Shown here piece by piece: positions 16,922 through 25,300 of a DNA stretch of 26,960 bases. The stretch is from a virus, in the IMG/VR virus record IMGVR_UViG_3300031420_000498. One strand, written 5' to 3'. The notes below the pieces were generated by a model. It saw only the letters and a program-made list of their open reading frames with translations, ran no database searches and was not told the DNA's origin. Position numbers and translations under genes: made by a program. Every line of letters begins with the position of its first letter. The first letter of the stretch is position 1.

Positions 16922-17581
16922 ATGGCAGTCACTGACACTCCCACCGTCGAGATCCCCAAGGCCATTCTCGAAGAGCTCATCTTTGGGGTCCGGGAGTTCC
17001 CCACCGATAAGACCCGGGATGCTGCCGACGCTGCGGAGTTCATCCTCCAGGACGCCTCCGCTCCGAAGCCCTGTGGGTCCACCCTGGAGCTCGGAAGCTA
17101 CATCCTCGAGTGCAGCAAGAGCACTGGTCACGGGGATAAGCACCAGGACGGCTCGAAGCTCCTCATCACCTGGACCGACGCTCAGGCTCGAAAGGACCCC
17201 TCCACGCTGATCCACAGCTGTGTCGAGTGCGGTCAGAAGTTCGATCAGCCCCAGTCCTACCGGGACGGTGCAGGTCATCAGACGATGAGCTTCGGCAAGC
17301 GAATCCTCGAGGAGGTCGAGCCCGCTCTCCCCGTGACCATCGACCAGCTCAAGGAATGGCGAGACAGCGCTGAGCGCAAGCGTAAGGCAGCTGCTGAGTC
17401 GATCTCGACCTTTGTGGCCTTCGCTCGCTTCTACGAGAAGCACCGGGCCCTGCTGGAGCCGGTGCTCAAGTCCATGGGTCCTTCGAAGGCCGTTCCCCTG
17501 AAGCAGCTGGAGCAGTGGGTCACTCAGCTCGAGCGCGGTTCCTCCATCAGGGACCTCGTGGGCAAGTTCATCAAGGACTGA
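16922..17581 (+). CDS. Hypothetical Cys/His metal-binding protein
   Basis: GAAGGA RBS; C...CSKSTGHGDKH and CVECG...H motifs. Confidence 0.8.
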   Translation: MAVTDTPTVEIPKAILEELIFGVREFPTDKTRDAADAAEFILQDASAPKPCGSTLELGSYILECSKSTGHGDKHQDGSKLLITWTDAQARKDPSTLIHSCVECGQKFDQPQSYRDGAGHQTMSFGKRILEEVEPALPVTIDQLKEWRDSAERKRKAAAESISTFVAFARFYEKHRALLEPVLKSMGPSKAVPLKQLEQWVTQLERGSSIRDLVGKFIKD

Positions 17582-17595
17582 GAGGCACTTAGATC

Positions 17596-18270
17596 ATGCA
17601 TGACTGGATCATCGATCACCTCTGGCTCCTCTCCATCCTATTCTTCGTCGCCGTTGTTACTGCGATTTTGGTGGCCGATTTCTGGGAGGAGATCGTGGAC
17701 TTCTTCAGGGATCTCTTCGGTTTCGAGGAAAGCCCTTCGAGCCAGAAGCCCTCCGAGCCCCTAGGCTACAAGTACGCCAACATCTCTCGGAAGCCAGGTA
17801 AGTTCGTCGGACTCGCCAACGGGAAGCCCTACGGGATTCGAGCCTCTACGAAGCGTGAATCCATGGGTTTCCACAGCTACGATAGCCTCAGGATGCTCCA
17901 GCACAAGATTCGACCCTGGGAGCGAGGCTCACTCCTCCTCGAGGTGCTCCACCACGGAGAGGTCACCGAGTATGAGGACGGCTGGGTGTCCACGGAGCAG
18001 CGAGTGCTTCAGATCGCTCCCGCTGATGTCTCATGCTGGGGCAGAAGCAATCAGTGCAGCTCAGAGGTAGAGTTTCAGATCATCATCGGCAAGAGGTTCT
18101 CAGCCCATCTTTGCCGACCCCATCGGGCAAGTTACAGGCCCATCCTGTTCTTCTTCCCCTGGATCAAGGCCATCAACATCGGTCAGTGGATTGAGGACTT
18201 CGCCGCCTCAGCAGAGGCCGAGGGCGTTGCCGTCCGGAAGACCCGTCGGGAGCTCAAGCCCACGCGCTGA
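17596..18270 (+). CDS. Membrane-anchored hypothetical protein
   Basis: N-terminal TM; GYK...GFHSY...LEV...GEVTE...G...QRV segment and a C-x6-C...CxxH cluster. Confidence 0.75.
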   Translation: MHDWIIDHLWLLSILFFVAVVTAILVADFWEEIVDFFRDLFGFEESPSSQKPSEPLGYKYANISRKPGKFVGLANGKPYGIRASTKRESMGFHSYDSLRMLQHKIRPWERGSLLLEVLHHGEVTEYEDGWVSTEQRVLQIAPADVSCWGRSNQCSSEVEFQIIIGKRFSAHLCRPHRASYRPILFFFPWIKAINIGQWIEDFAASAEAEGVAVRKTRRELKPTR

Positions 18271-18319
18271 GCGCTGAGGCACCCCTCGCACTGTAGGAAT
18301 CTTCAGAAAGGATGCTCCC

Positions 18320-18808
18320 ATGGAGCTCAACCACCAGGGCTACCTGATCCACTACCTTAGAGGCTCTGGCTCTCAGATCGGCGATCTCCACATCACCGTG
18401 CTCGGAGACATCGATGATCCGGCGAAGACCGGCCTAGAGGCACTGGAACCTCTGGTGCTCGGCGCACCCCGTGGTGCCATTGAGCTCATTCCCCAGGGAG
18501 TTGAGGCTTTCGGTCTCGGTGGGGAACATCGAGCCCTGACCTTTGGCGATCCCACGGGTCGGCTCCAGGAACTCCATGAGTACTTCCTCACCGGTATCGA
18601 GGAACTGGGGTTCAGGAGCTCCCGACCTCAGTGGACCGGCCCAAACTTCCGGCCTCATATGACCCTGGGTAGTAGCGTTCTTCAGGCCGCGAGCCACCTC
18701 AAGCTCGACTCGGTGACCCTCGTGGACTCGATCTTCGACGGCGACTGGAACTTCCTCCGGGGCGAGCCTCTGGCCACAGTTGAGCTCGGGGAGCTCGACC
18801 GGGGCTGA
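18320..18808 (+). CDS. 2H phosphoesterase (2'-5' RNA ligase / LigT-like family)
   Basis: Two HxT motifs, LHITV and FRPHMTL, at typical spacing. Confidence 0.8.
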   Translation: MELNHQGYLIHYLRGSGSQIGDLHITVLGDIDDPAKTGLEALEPLVLGAPRGAIELIPQGVEAFGLGGEHRALTFGDPTGRLQELHEYFLTGIEELGFRSSRPQWTGPNFRPHMTLGSSVLQAASHLKLDSVTLVDSIFDGDWNFLRGEPLATVELGELDRG

Positions 18809-18838
18809 GGGTAGAATCTCCTCCTTCGATCCTCATCC

Positions 18839-18978
18839 ACAGCGCTGAATTGCTGTCCTGAACGCGCAGGCTAGAGCCCTTGAGTAGCAACCTCTCTAGG
18901 CTGTCATCGAGGCCGTGCTGCTGGTACTTTGTTCGGGAGGCACAGTTTCCGATCACGATACGGAAGTGCCGATAGGAG
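18839..18978. ncRNA. Candidate structured ncRNA
   Basis: Stems acagcg/tgctgt, cctgaac/gttcggg, ctagag/ctctag, ggcac-ttccg/cggaa-gtgcc in a 270-nt gap; TAGAAT at 18812-17. Confidence 0.4.
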
Positions 18979-19007
18979 CCGAAAACATGGCCGATTCCAG
19001 CCGGTTG

Positions 19008-19036
19008 TTGCGCTCGATCTGCTCTTGACATACGAT
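19008..19036 (+). promoter_or_regulatory. sigmaA-type promoter with AC-rich leader
   Basis: TTGCGC-N17-TACGAT then ggtctcacaccacac. Confidence 0.6.
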
Positions 19037-19076
19037 GGTCTCACACCACACCGCACCGCAACATCCGGAGGCAATC

Positions 19077-19343
19077 ATGCTCAACAGCGCCGCAACCGTC
19101 GAGATCCGCCACGACTGGGAAGAGAAGGGTACCTCGGAGCTCTTCGAGAACGCTCAAGTCGAGCTGGAGAACCGGCTCATCGATGCTCCCAATGTCCAGA
19201 TGTCCTTCGGCGTCTACAACAGCCACGGCGACACCATGATCGGCTTCGCCGTCGAGCTCACCGACGGGAACCGGACCTTCTTCCTCAACTCCCTGGAGGA
19301 GATCCACTTCGACTCCGAGGGGAACCTCGTCCTCAAGGGCTGA
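19077..19343 (+). CDS. Small acidic hypothetical protein
   Basis: GGAGG RBS, ATG 19077. Confidence 0.8.
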   Translation: MLNSAATVEIRHDWEEKGTSELFENAQVELENRLIDAPNVQMSFGVYNSHGDTMIGFAVELTDGNRTFFLNSLEEIHFDSEGNLVLKG

Positions 19344-19349
19344 GAGCAG

Positions 19350-19598
19350 ATGTCGAAGGCCTACCAGATCAGCGACTCCTACGGGGTAGTACTCACCGAT
19401 TCCGGTCGAGTGCTACCCTACGGTCCGTCTGGGGTCCAGATAGACCCTCGGGACAGCGATGCTCTGCTACAGCTCGCACTGGCGGCTGCAGTTGAGATCA
19501 GCATCCTCCGCAGCGGGGAAGAGAGCGACACCCTCGAGGAGATCTTCTCTTCGGACTTCAGTCCCACCGGAGAGGGATCAGAAGAGTCCGATCTCTAG
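19350..19598 (+). CDS. Small hypothetical protein
   Basis: Follows the previous stop closely. Confidence 0.7.
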   Translation: MSKAYQISDSYGVVLTDSGRVLPYGPSGVQIDPRDSDALLQLALAAAVEISILRSGEESDTLEEIFSSDFSPTGEGSEESDL

Positions 19599-19672
19599 GC
19601 TACTGGGAAAGGGTGAGTGAGCAAGGTTCGATAGGGTAGCCGTAGTAGCCAACTCAAGTCAGGGAGCAAGAG

Positions 19673-20134
19673 ATGAGCCAGCCTTTTTCTATCGGTCCGG
19701 GCAATCCCGCACCTAGGCCCAGCCGAGTCTGGGGCCTCGGCTCGATCATCGGTGAGCGCCAGGAAACCATCGGCGCCGAGAGCGACTACGAGGACATGGA
19801 CGAGGTAGCTGCAGCAGTTGAAGCATCCTTTGCTCAGCCCTCGATGATCGAGCCCCAGGACTCGAAGCACTGTGGGGAAGATGGCCGAAAGCACATCTTC
19901 ATCAGCCTCAACGATGAGCCGGGGCTCGATCTCTTCTACACTCTCCATGTCCACATCGAGCTCGAGGAGTCCCTGGAGGCCGACATCCTGAAATTCCTGG
20001 AGGGATACCCGGAATCCAAGGGAACTGAGCTCTGGGACATCACCAACAGAGCCGATGAGTTCATCGCCGATCTCAGGGCACAGCCAGGCGTGGCTGCAGC
20101 CGACTACATGAGCTTCGTTCACCCCTGGAAGTGA
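19673..20134 (+). CDS. Acidic hypothetical protein
   Basis: GGGAG RBS; GTGA overlap with nfo. Confidence 0.75.
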   Translation: MSQPFSIGPGNPAPRPSRVWGLGSIIGERQETIGAESDYEDMDEVAAAVEASFAQPSMIEPQDSKHCGEDGRKHIFISLNDEPGLDLFYTLHVHIELEESLEADILKFLEGYPESKGTELWDITNRADEFIADLRAQPGVAAADYMSFVHPWK

Positions 20135-20979
20135 GCCCAGTGTCCACATCAGCCTACGGTGCCCACCTCCCTGGTGGCAAGGATCTCCGCCCATCTGCAG
20201 TCATGGCAGCTCGCTTTGGCTTCGGTGCCTTCCAGGTCTTCCTCCATGGACCTACGAGCAGCAAGATGCCCACGGGCACCGAGGAATTTGACAGGCTCTT
20301 CGTAGACGCGCTGGAGCTCCTTAAGGCGAAGGTCTTTGTCCACGGCCCCTATCTCATGAACTTCGGCTCTGCCCGGGAAGAGGTCCGATCGAGTTCGGCT
20401 GAGATGCTCCAGCGCAACCTCAAAAGAGCTGCTGTCATCGGTGCTGAGGGCGTGATCTTCCACGGAGGCTCGAGCACGGGAGCTTCCCGGCTAGAGGGAC
20501 TGAGGAGGCTCCACGACAGCCTCATGCCGGTGCTCGAAGGCCTCCCCGAGGATGGTCCACAGGTCATCCTCGAGCCCACGGCGGGTCAGGGTGACAGCCT
20601 GGTCTCATCTGTGGACAGCATCGGAGACTACCTCGCGACCCTGAACAACCACCCGAAGCTCAGCCTCTGTCTCGACATCTGCCATCTCCTCGCGGCTGGA
20701 GAGCCCCTCGATGAGCCGGATGGCACAGAGCGGCTCGTGGCTAAGCTCCAGAGGCTGGATCTCTGGGACCGGGTTCTCCTATTCCACGCCAACGACTCAG
20801 CCTTCGAGCGAGGATCCCACCGGGATCGCCACGCGAACCTCGGCCAGGGCCATGTGCATCCCAAGAGCTGGAATCAGCTCATGGGCACCGGTGTTCCACT
20901 GATCCTAGAGACACCGGGAGAGAACTTCCACTCGGACATTGACCTGCTCAAGAGACTCGCAGAGACCAAGGAGAACTGA
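20131..20979 (+). CDS. nfo: Endonuclease IV (AP endonuclease family 2)
   Basis: QVF, HGPYLMN, FHGGS, LEPTAGQG, CLDICH, HANDS, DRHANLG, ILETP metal-binding motifs. Confidence 0.92.
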   Translation: MSPVSTSAYGAHLPGGKDLRPSAVMAARFGFGAFQVFLHGPTSSKMPTGTEEFDRLFVDALELLKAKVFVHGPYLMNFGSAREEVRSSSAEMLQRNLKRAAVIGAEGVIFHGGSSTGASRLEGLRRLHDSLMPVLEGLPEDGPQVILEPTAGQGDSLVSSVDSIGDYLATLNNHPKLSLCLDICHLLAAGEPLDEPDGTERLVAKLQRLDLWDRVLLFHANDSAFERGSHRDRHANLGQGHVHPKSWNQLMGTGVPLILETPGENFHSDIDLLKRLAETKEN

Positions 20980-20981
20980 TC

Positions 20982-21140
20982 ATGGAAAATCCAGAGAGCT
21001 GGGGACCAGCAGAGCGCACCATCAAGAGAGCCATGGACCGCTACGAGGAGAGCACCGCCGAGGGCATGATCGGCCTGTCACCCTATGCGGCCATCGCCAA
21101 CGAACTTCGAGTCGCCGGACTCCTCGTGGATCACGACTGA
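20982..21140 (+). CDS. 52-aa hypothetical protein (not in ORF track)
   Basis: AAGGAG RBS; MENPESWGPAERTIKRAMDRYEESTAEGMIGLSPYAAIANELRVAGLLVDHD; TGATG coupling. Confidence 0.75.
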   Translation: MENPESWGPAERTIKRAMDRYEESTAEGMIGLSPYAAIANELRVAGLLVDHD

Positions 21141-21310
21141 TGGGCGTCTACAATCGACTTCAGCGCTCCACCGATCGGCTCGAAGCTCGCATCGAAAGGC
21201 TCAGGGCCAAGGGTGGAAGCAGCCGCGAGCTCAAGGCAGCCAAGCTCGACCTCAAGGCTGAGCTCAACCGCATCGTCCTCCGGGACTGGAACGACGAGCG
21301 CTGGGGCTGA
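21140..21310 (+). CDS. 56-aa basic helical protein
   Basis: MGVYNRLQRS...; starts at the TGATG overlap. Confidence 0.7.
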   Translation: MGVYNRLQRSTDRLEARIERLRAKGGSSRELKAAKLDLKAELNRIVLRDWNDERWG

Positions 21311-21311
21311 C

Positions 21312-21443
21312 ATGAGCAGGAGCATCGAAGACCTACTCAAGATCCGACCCGTGGATCGCGCTAAGATCGACGCCGAGAAGGCCCGGCTCCTCGCGCTCAT
21401 TGAGGAGCACCGGGAGCACACAGAATCCAAGGAGAAAGACTGA
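21312..21443 (+). CDS. 43-aa peptide resembling the N-terminus of HigA2-type antitoxins
   Basis: MSRSIEDLLKIRPVDRAKIDAEKARLLALIEEH...; no HTH. Confidence 0.6.
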   Translation: MSRSIEDLLKIRPVDRAKIDAEKARLLALIEEHREHTESKEKD

Positions 21444-21667
21444 TGGCACTCATCGACATTCAAGGGCTCGCCGCGGCGATCAGACAGAGCCGCTCAAGGA
21501 GAACAGTGGACGACCGGCTTCGGCTGATCCGATCCAACATCAGGGACTTCGAAGGCCGGGCAAAGGCTGCCTGGCGCGGCCGCAACATCGTCCTCGGAAA
21601 GGCCCTGGACGAGAAGGCTGCGGCCTGGAAGCAGGCAGAAAGAGACTACCTGAGAGGGATCGCCTGA
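21443..21667 (+). CDS. Small basic helical protein
   Basis: AAGGAG RBS, TGATG coupling. Confidence 0.75.
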   Translation: MALIDIQGLAAAIRQSRSRRTVDDRLRLIRSNIRDFEGRAKAAWRGRNIVLGKALDEKAAAWKQAERDYLRGIA

Positions 21668-21885
21668 TGGGGCTATGGAGCGCACTGACAGGTACCCAGG
21701 AGCGCCTCTTTGACCGAAGGGCATTCAGGGCAGGTAGCGAAAAGAGAAGGCTCATCGCCGAGGCCGAACTCTACGAGAAGATGGCAGAGGTGAGCTCCCA
21801 GGATAACACTGCCCAGGGAGAGGGTACCAGCGAATGGGCCCGTGAGAAGGCAAGGGAGCTCAGACTACAAGCTGAGCTCAAGTGA
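21667..21885 (+). CDS. Small helical protein
   Basis: MGLWSALTG...; TGATG coupling. Confidence 0.7.
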   Translation: MGLWSALTGTQERLFDRRAFRAGSEKRRLIAEAELYEKMAEVSSQDNTAQGEGTSEWAREKARELRLQAELK

Positions 21886-22163
21886 GCAAGGGAGAAGATT
21901 CCATGGGCTACTGGCTGAGAAGAATCGGCCTAGGTCTTAGGCTCTGGAAGCGGGACCGAGTCCTTTGGAAGCTCCGCGAGAGAGCTGAGCGCAGCAAAAT
22001 GCTCTCTGAGCTCTACTACCGGCGCTGGAACGAGCTCGAGCGCTTCGGCGGGGGAAGAGAGCTCGATCTCATCGCGGCCAAAGAGCACGGTAGAAAGGCC
22101 AAAGCCCTCCAGCAGGAGATCGAGGACTACAGTAGTCGAAGGCGTAGGAGCGACAGCCACTGA
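21882..22163 (+). CDS. Small basic helical protein
   Basis: GTGA overlap; alternative start ATG 21903. Confidence 0.7.
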   Translation: MSKGEDSMGYWLRRIGLGLRLWKRDRVLWKLRERAERSKMLSELYYRRWNELERFGGGRELDLIAAKEHGRKAKALQQEIEDYSSRRRRSDSH

Positions 22164-22211
22164 TCCACGATAGGATAGCTCAAACCGTCGGACCCAAGTG
22201 AGAGGATCAGC

Positions 22212-22586
22212 ATGATTGGATTCAGCCTCAAGATCAGCGAGCTCAAGATGCAGCCCACTCGAGGGCTCCATCGCATCATCGAAGACACAGCTGACTACAG
22301 AGACATCCCCGAAATCATCCGCGACGAGCTCCAGGGGCAGCAAGTAACCTACATCAGCGAAGTCACGCCCTGGTGGTCTGTTAGCAGGCTTGTAGAGCTC
22401 GTGGAAAACCACCAGGCCAACGGAGCCACCATGTTCTGCCGGAGCGGCTACCCTTTCCTCTTCACCGTTCGAGGTCGAGACATCATCGGCTCCATCGTCA
22501 ATGTGGATGGTAGCCGCCACCACGATCTCATCCATGTACTTCAACCAGAGACCATGTACCTCTTCGAGGCCTGGGATCAGAGCTAA
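22212..22586 (+). CDS. Hypothetical protein
   Basis: GAGGA RBS; TAGGAT upstream at 22171. Confidence 0.75.
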   Translation: MIGFSLKISELKMQPTRGLHRIIEDTADYRDIPEIIRDELQGQQVTYISEVTPWWSVSRLVELVENHQANGATMFCRSGYPFLFTVRGRDIIGSIVNVDGSRHHDLIHVLQPETMYLFEAWDQS

Positions 22587-22649
22587 CCGCAACCTATCCC
22601 ACAGGATCGGACCTACCGATCACCTCTTAGACATAGAACGGAGCCAGCC

Positions 22650-23615
22650 ATGGTATCCATCGATCCAGAGCTCCGGCTGAAGCCAGTAGTCGCCTTCGAT
22701 GTGGACGGAGTGGTTCGAGTTCGAAAGATCGAGATCGACGGGCTTGACCAGGGCGAGCTCATCGGAGCTGACATCACCCTGAAGCGTGAGGAGTACCCGG
22801 ATCTCTTCCACGGCAAGCCTCGCTGGGACGAGACTGGAACGAGCTCTCGCACAGAGCACTTCTCCCGGGCTGCAGTCGATCTCATCGGCGACCTCTCCGA
22901 GGACCCGCGCACAGAACCTGTCTGGGCGACGACCTGGCAGCGCTGGGCGAACTACTACTTCAGCTCAGCCCTGGAGCTCCCCGAGCTGCCGGTGGCGGTG
23001 AAGACGCTAGAGCCCGAAGAGCTCAACTACGCCCACTGCTCACCCTCCTGGAAGACCCAGCAGCTCTCCAGGCAGTTCGATGGCAGGCCGCTGATCTGGC
23101 TCGACGACAACATGCCCGATCGGCCGGGCGAGGATCTCACTGAGCTCAGAAGGCCCATCGATCGGGCACTTACTAAGAGCTTCCGGGTCAACCCCTGGAC
23201 TGGAATCACTCCAGCCGATGTCGAGGAGATCCTCGGCTGGATCGAACTTGCCAGCACCGAGGCCGGTCAACAGGAGCTTCGAGCTCAGCGTCAGGTCGAG
23301 CTCAAGGAAGAGAAAAAGACCCGGGCTCGCCAGGACCGTCAGCGAGGGAGGCAGCACGAGATCTTCATGGCTATCCGAGACAGACTCCTCGAGCTCTACC
23401 CTGAGCAGAGGCGCTTCGCATCGGAGGTTGCGAGCGCGGGCCAGTACAAGGACGGGCTCACGGCTGAAACGCTACGCTATGCGCTCAAGCGCAACTCAAT
23501 CGAGGCCGATCCTACTGAGCTCGCTGCGAGCCTCCGGGTGCCTCGCTATCATCTCCGCGGTGTCGATGAGACAGAAGATCAGGATGCCGGGCTCGACGAG
23601 CGATACAACTTCTAG
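22650..23615 (+). CDS. HAD phosphatase, 'Swiss Army Knife' RNA-repair-type (HAD_SAK), with C-terminal helical extension
   Basis: FDVDGV, VWATTW, WK, LIWLDD, VNPWTGIT motifs. Confidence 0.8.
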   Translation: MVSIDPELRLKPVVAFDVDGVVRVRKIEIDGLDQGELIGADITLKREEYPDLFHGKPRWDETGTSSRTEHFSRAAVDLIGDLSEDPRTEPVWATTWQRWANYYFSSALELPELPVAVKTLEPEELNYAHCSPSWKTQQLSRQFDGRPLIWLDDNMPDRPGEDLTELRRPIDRALTKSFRVNPWTGITPADVEEILGWIELASTEAGQQELRAQRQVELKEEKKTRARQDRQRGRQHEIFMAIRDRLLELYPEQRRFASEVASAGQYKDGLTAETLRYALKRNSIEADPTELAASLRVPRYHLRGVDETEDQDAGLDERYNF

Positions 23616-23777
23616 GCCCTTAGGCGGGCCTCTAGGGTGGCCAAAGGATCTCTATGCGTCATCGTTCGACAGGCTAGCGAACGGGGCATAGGCTGGCAGC
23701 TGGCGATAGCTATACCGACGGCCCTTTCGGATCGTCTTTGAACTGGCGAGAACCAGACCACTGAAAGGACGGCCACC

Positions 23778-24806
23778 ATGGCCAAGACACCCAAGCGCGG
23801 CAGCTATCTCACTCTCGAGGATGTGCGGGTCTTCTACGACGCGAAGTCGGACACCGTATCGCTCACATCTGGCGACAGGGATCTTCCTGAGGCTGGCGGT
23901 TTGAAGATCGACATCAGCCCGGGAACTCAGGCTGAGAGGCAGCTCCGGGAGCTCCTCAAGGCTAAGGGCGTACTCAGCTGGGATCCCTGGCCCAAGACCA
24001 CCAGGGAAGACACCTTTGGCCGCATCGTAAGCTCTCCCGAAGATCGACTCCAGCTCGGCACCAACATCAGTGGAGAGCCGGTGGAATGGGATCTCAACAC
24101 CTACCGAAACCTCTGGGTCCACGGGGCGACCGGTGGCGGAGCTTCTCTCCTGTCTCGAGCGGCTATTCAGCATGGCTTCGTCCATGGCTGGGAAGTCTTT
24201 GGCATCGATCCCCGTCGAGTAGAGCTCAGCGAAATCAGCAAGTATCCCGTGGGTAGAACAGTAGCCAAAGACACCCAAGAGGCATTGAACCTCCTCGATA
24301 GCCTAATCGGGCTTGCCGAAGAGCGCATCAGCTTCCTGGAAGGCCAGAATGTGCTGAGTACTCGAGATCTTCCCGAAGATCTCCAGCCACGCAGGGTACT
24401 CCTCATCATCGACTCATTTGAGCTCATCCTCGAGTCCGCCAACACCGATGATCAGGTGAAGCTTCTCGCAAGTCTCGAAAGGCTCAGCTGGTCAGGCAGC
24501 CCAGTGGGAGTTCATATGCTCTTGGGCTCTAAGACGCAGCCTCGAGACCTCCGGCGTGCCGATTCCGATAGGCTCAAGAAGATCCAGAGCATCTGTGCCC
24601 ACATCGTCTGCGGTAACTACTACCAGGATCAGCTCCCTGAAGATCTGCGAGAGCGCTACAAGCCCAATCGTGGTCGAGGCATGGGGCGAGCTCAGTTCGT
24701 CCTCGGAGGGCCGAGAGCTGAGGCCACCGAGTTCCAGCTAGGGCTTGCTCTGGACGATCCTCGACAGTTCATCGAGGCACTGCGCGCCCATCGACGGGGG
24801 TACTGA
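23778..24806 (+). CDS. FtsK/SpoIIIE-like ATPase domain protein with degenerate Walker motifs
   Basis: LG...GEPVEWDL...LWVHGATGGGAS, IDPRRVEL, LLIIDSF, GVHMLLGS...QP. Confidence 0.7.
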   Translation: MAKTPKRGSYLTLEDVRVFYDAKSDTVSLTSGDRDLPEAGGLKIDISPGTQAERQLRELLKAKGVLSWDPWPKTTREDTFGRIVSSPEDRLQLGTNISGEPVEWDLNTYRNLWVHGATGGGASLLSRAAIQHGFVHGWEVFGIDPRRVELSEISKYPVGRTVAKDTQEALNLLDSLIGLAEERISFLEGQNVLSTRDLPEDLQPRRVLLIIDSFELILESANTDDQVKLLASLERLSWSGSPVGVHMLLGSKTQPRDLRRADSDRLKKIQSICAHIVCGNYYQDQLPEDLRERYKPNRGRGMGRAQFVLGGPRAEATEFQLGLALDDPRQFIEALRAHRRGY

Positions 24807-24816
24807 GCCTTACCCA

Positions 24817-24864
24817 TTGACCTTCCTGGAGTCTTCGTGTACGGTCAATCGAAGACTCCAGGAA
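24817..24864 (+). promoter_or_regulatory. Promoter embedded in a 15-bp hairpin abutting the RBS
   Basis: TTGACC-N17-TACGGT; ttcctggagtcttcg 24823-37 / cgaagactccaggaa 24850-64. Confidence 0.65.
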
Positions 24865-24879
24865 AGGGAGATCCAAACC

Positions 24880-25281
24880 GTGAAGAGAATCCTTGCAGCA
24901 GCTGCGGTTGCCCTCGGCGCGCTGGCAGTGCTCGCAGGCTGCGCTCCGGCCATCACCTCTGGCACCATCGCCACGAAGGACTATACGGCTGCCTACGACA
25001 AGATCACCAACGAGTGCACCGCTCACGGCTATGTCTACGAGTACGGCTACCACCTCAATCCAGCGACCGGCGAGTACAAGTACGGCTACGGTCAGGTCTA
25101 CAAGTGCACCCGCTACGAGGATGTGACCCACCACATCCCGGCGAGCTACAAGCTCATCATCTCAGGGACCAAGGGTGACAAGGAAGTCACAGCGAGCTTC
25201 GAGGTGCCCAAGGGTACCTTTGAGAAGGCCCACGAGGGCTACTTCTACGACAGTGAGGCCGAGCAGCTCTCGGCTCGCTGA
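24880..25281 (+). CDS. Lipoprotein
   Basis: GTG after GGGAG; MKRILAAAAVALGALAVLAG|C lipobox; Tyr-rich loop between two Cys. Confidence 0.85.
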   Translation: MKRILAAAAVALGALAVLAGCAPAITSGTIATKDYTAAYDKITNECTAHGYVYEYGYHLNPATGEYKYGYGQVYKCTRYEDVTHHIPASYKLIISGTKGDKEVTASFEVPKGTFEKAHEGYFYDSEAEQLSAR

Positions 25282-25300
25282 CCTCAGCTGAAAGTCGGTG

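Noticed and set aside
18929-19495. 188-aa Arg-rich ORF
   Set aside because: Alternate frame of the genes at 19077 and 19350
20939-21885. Track ORFs 20939..21310, 21213..21443 and 21400..21885 at full length
   Set aside because: True starts are more likely internal (21140, 21312, 21667), based on stop-start coupling
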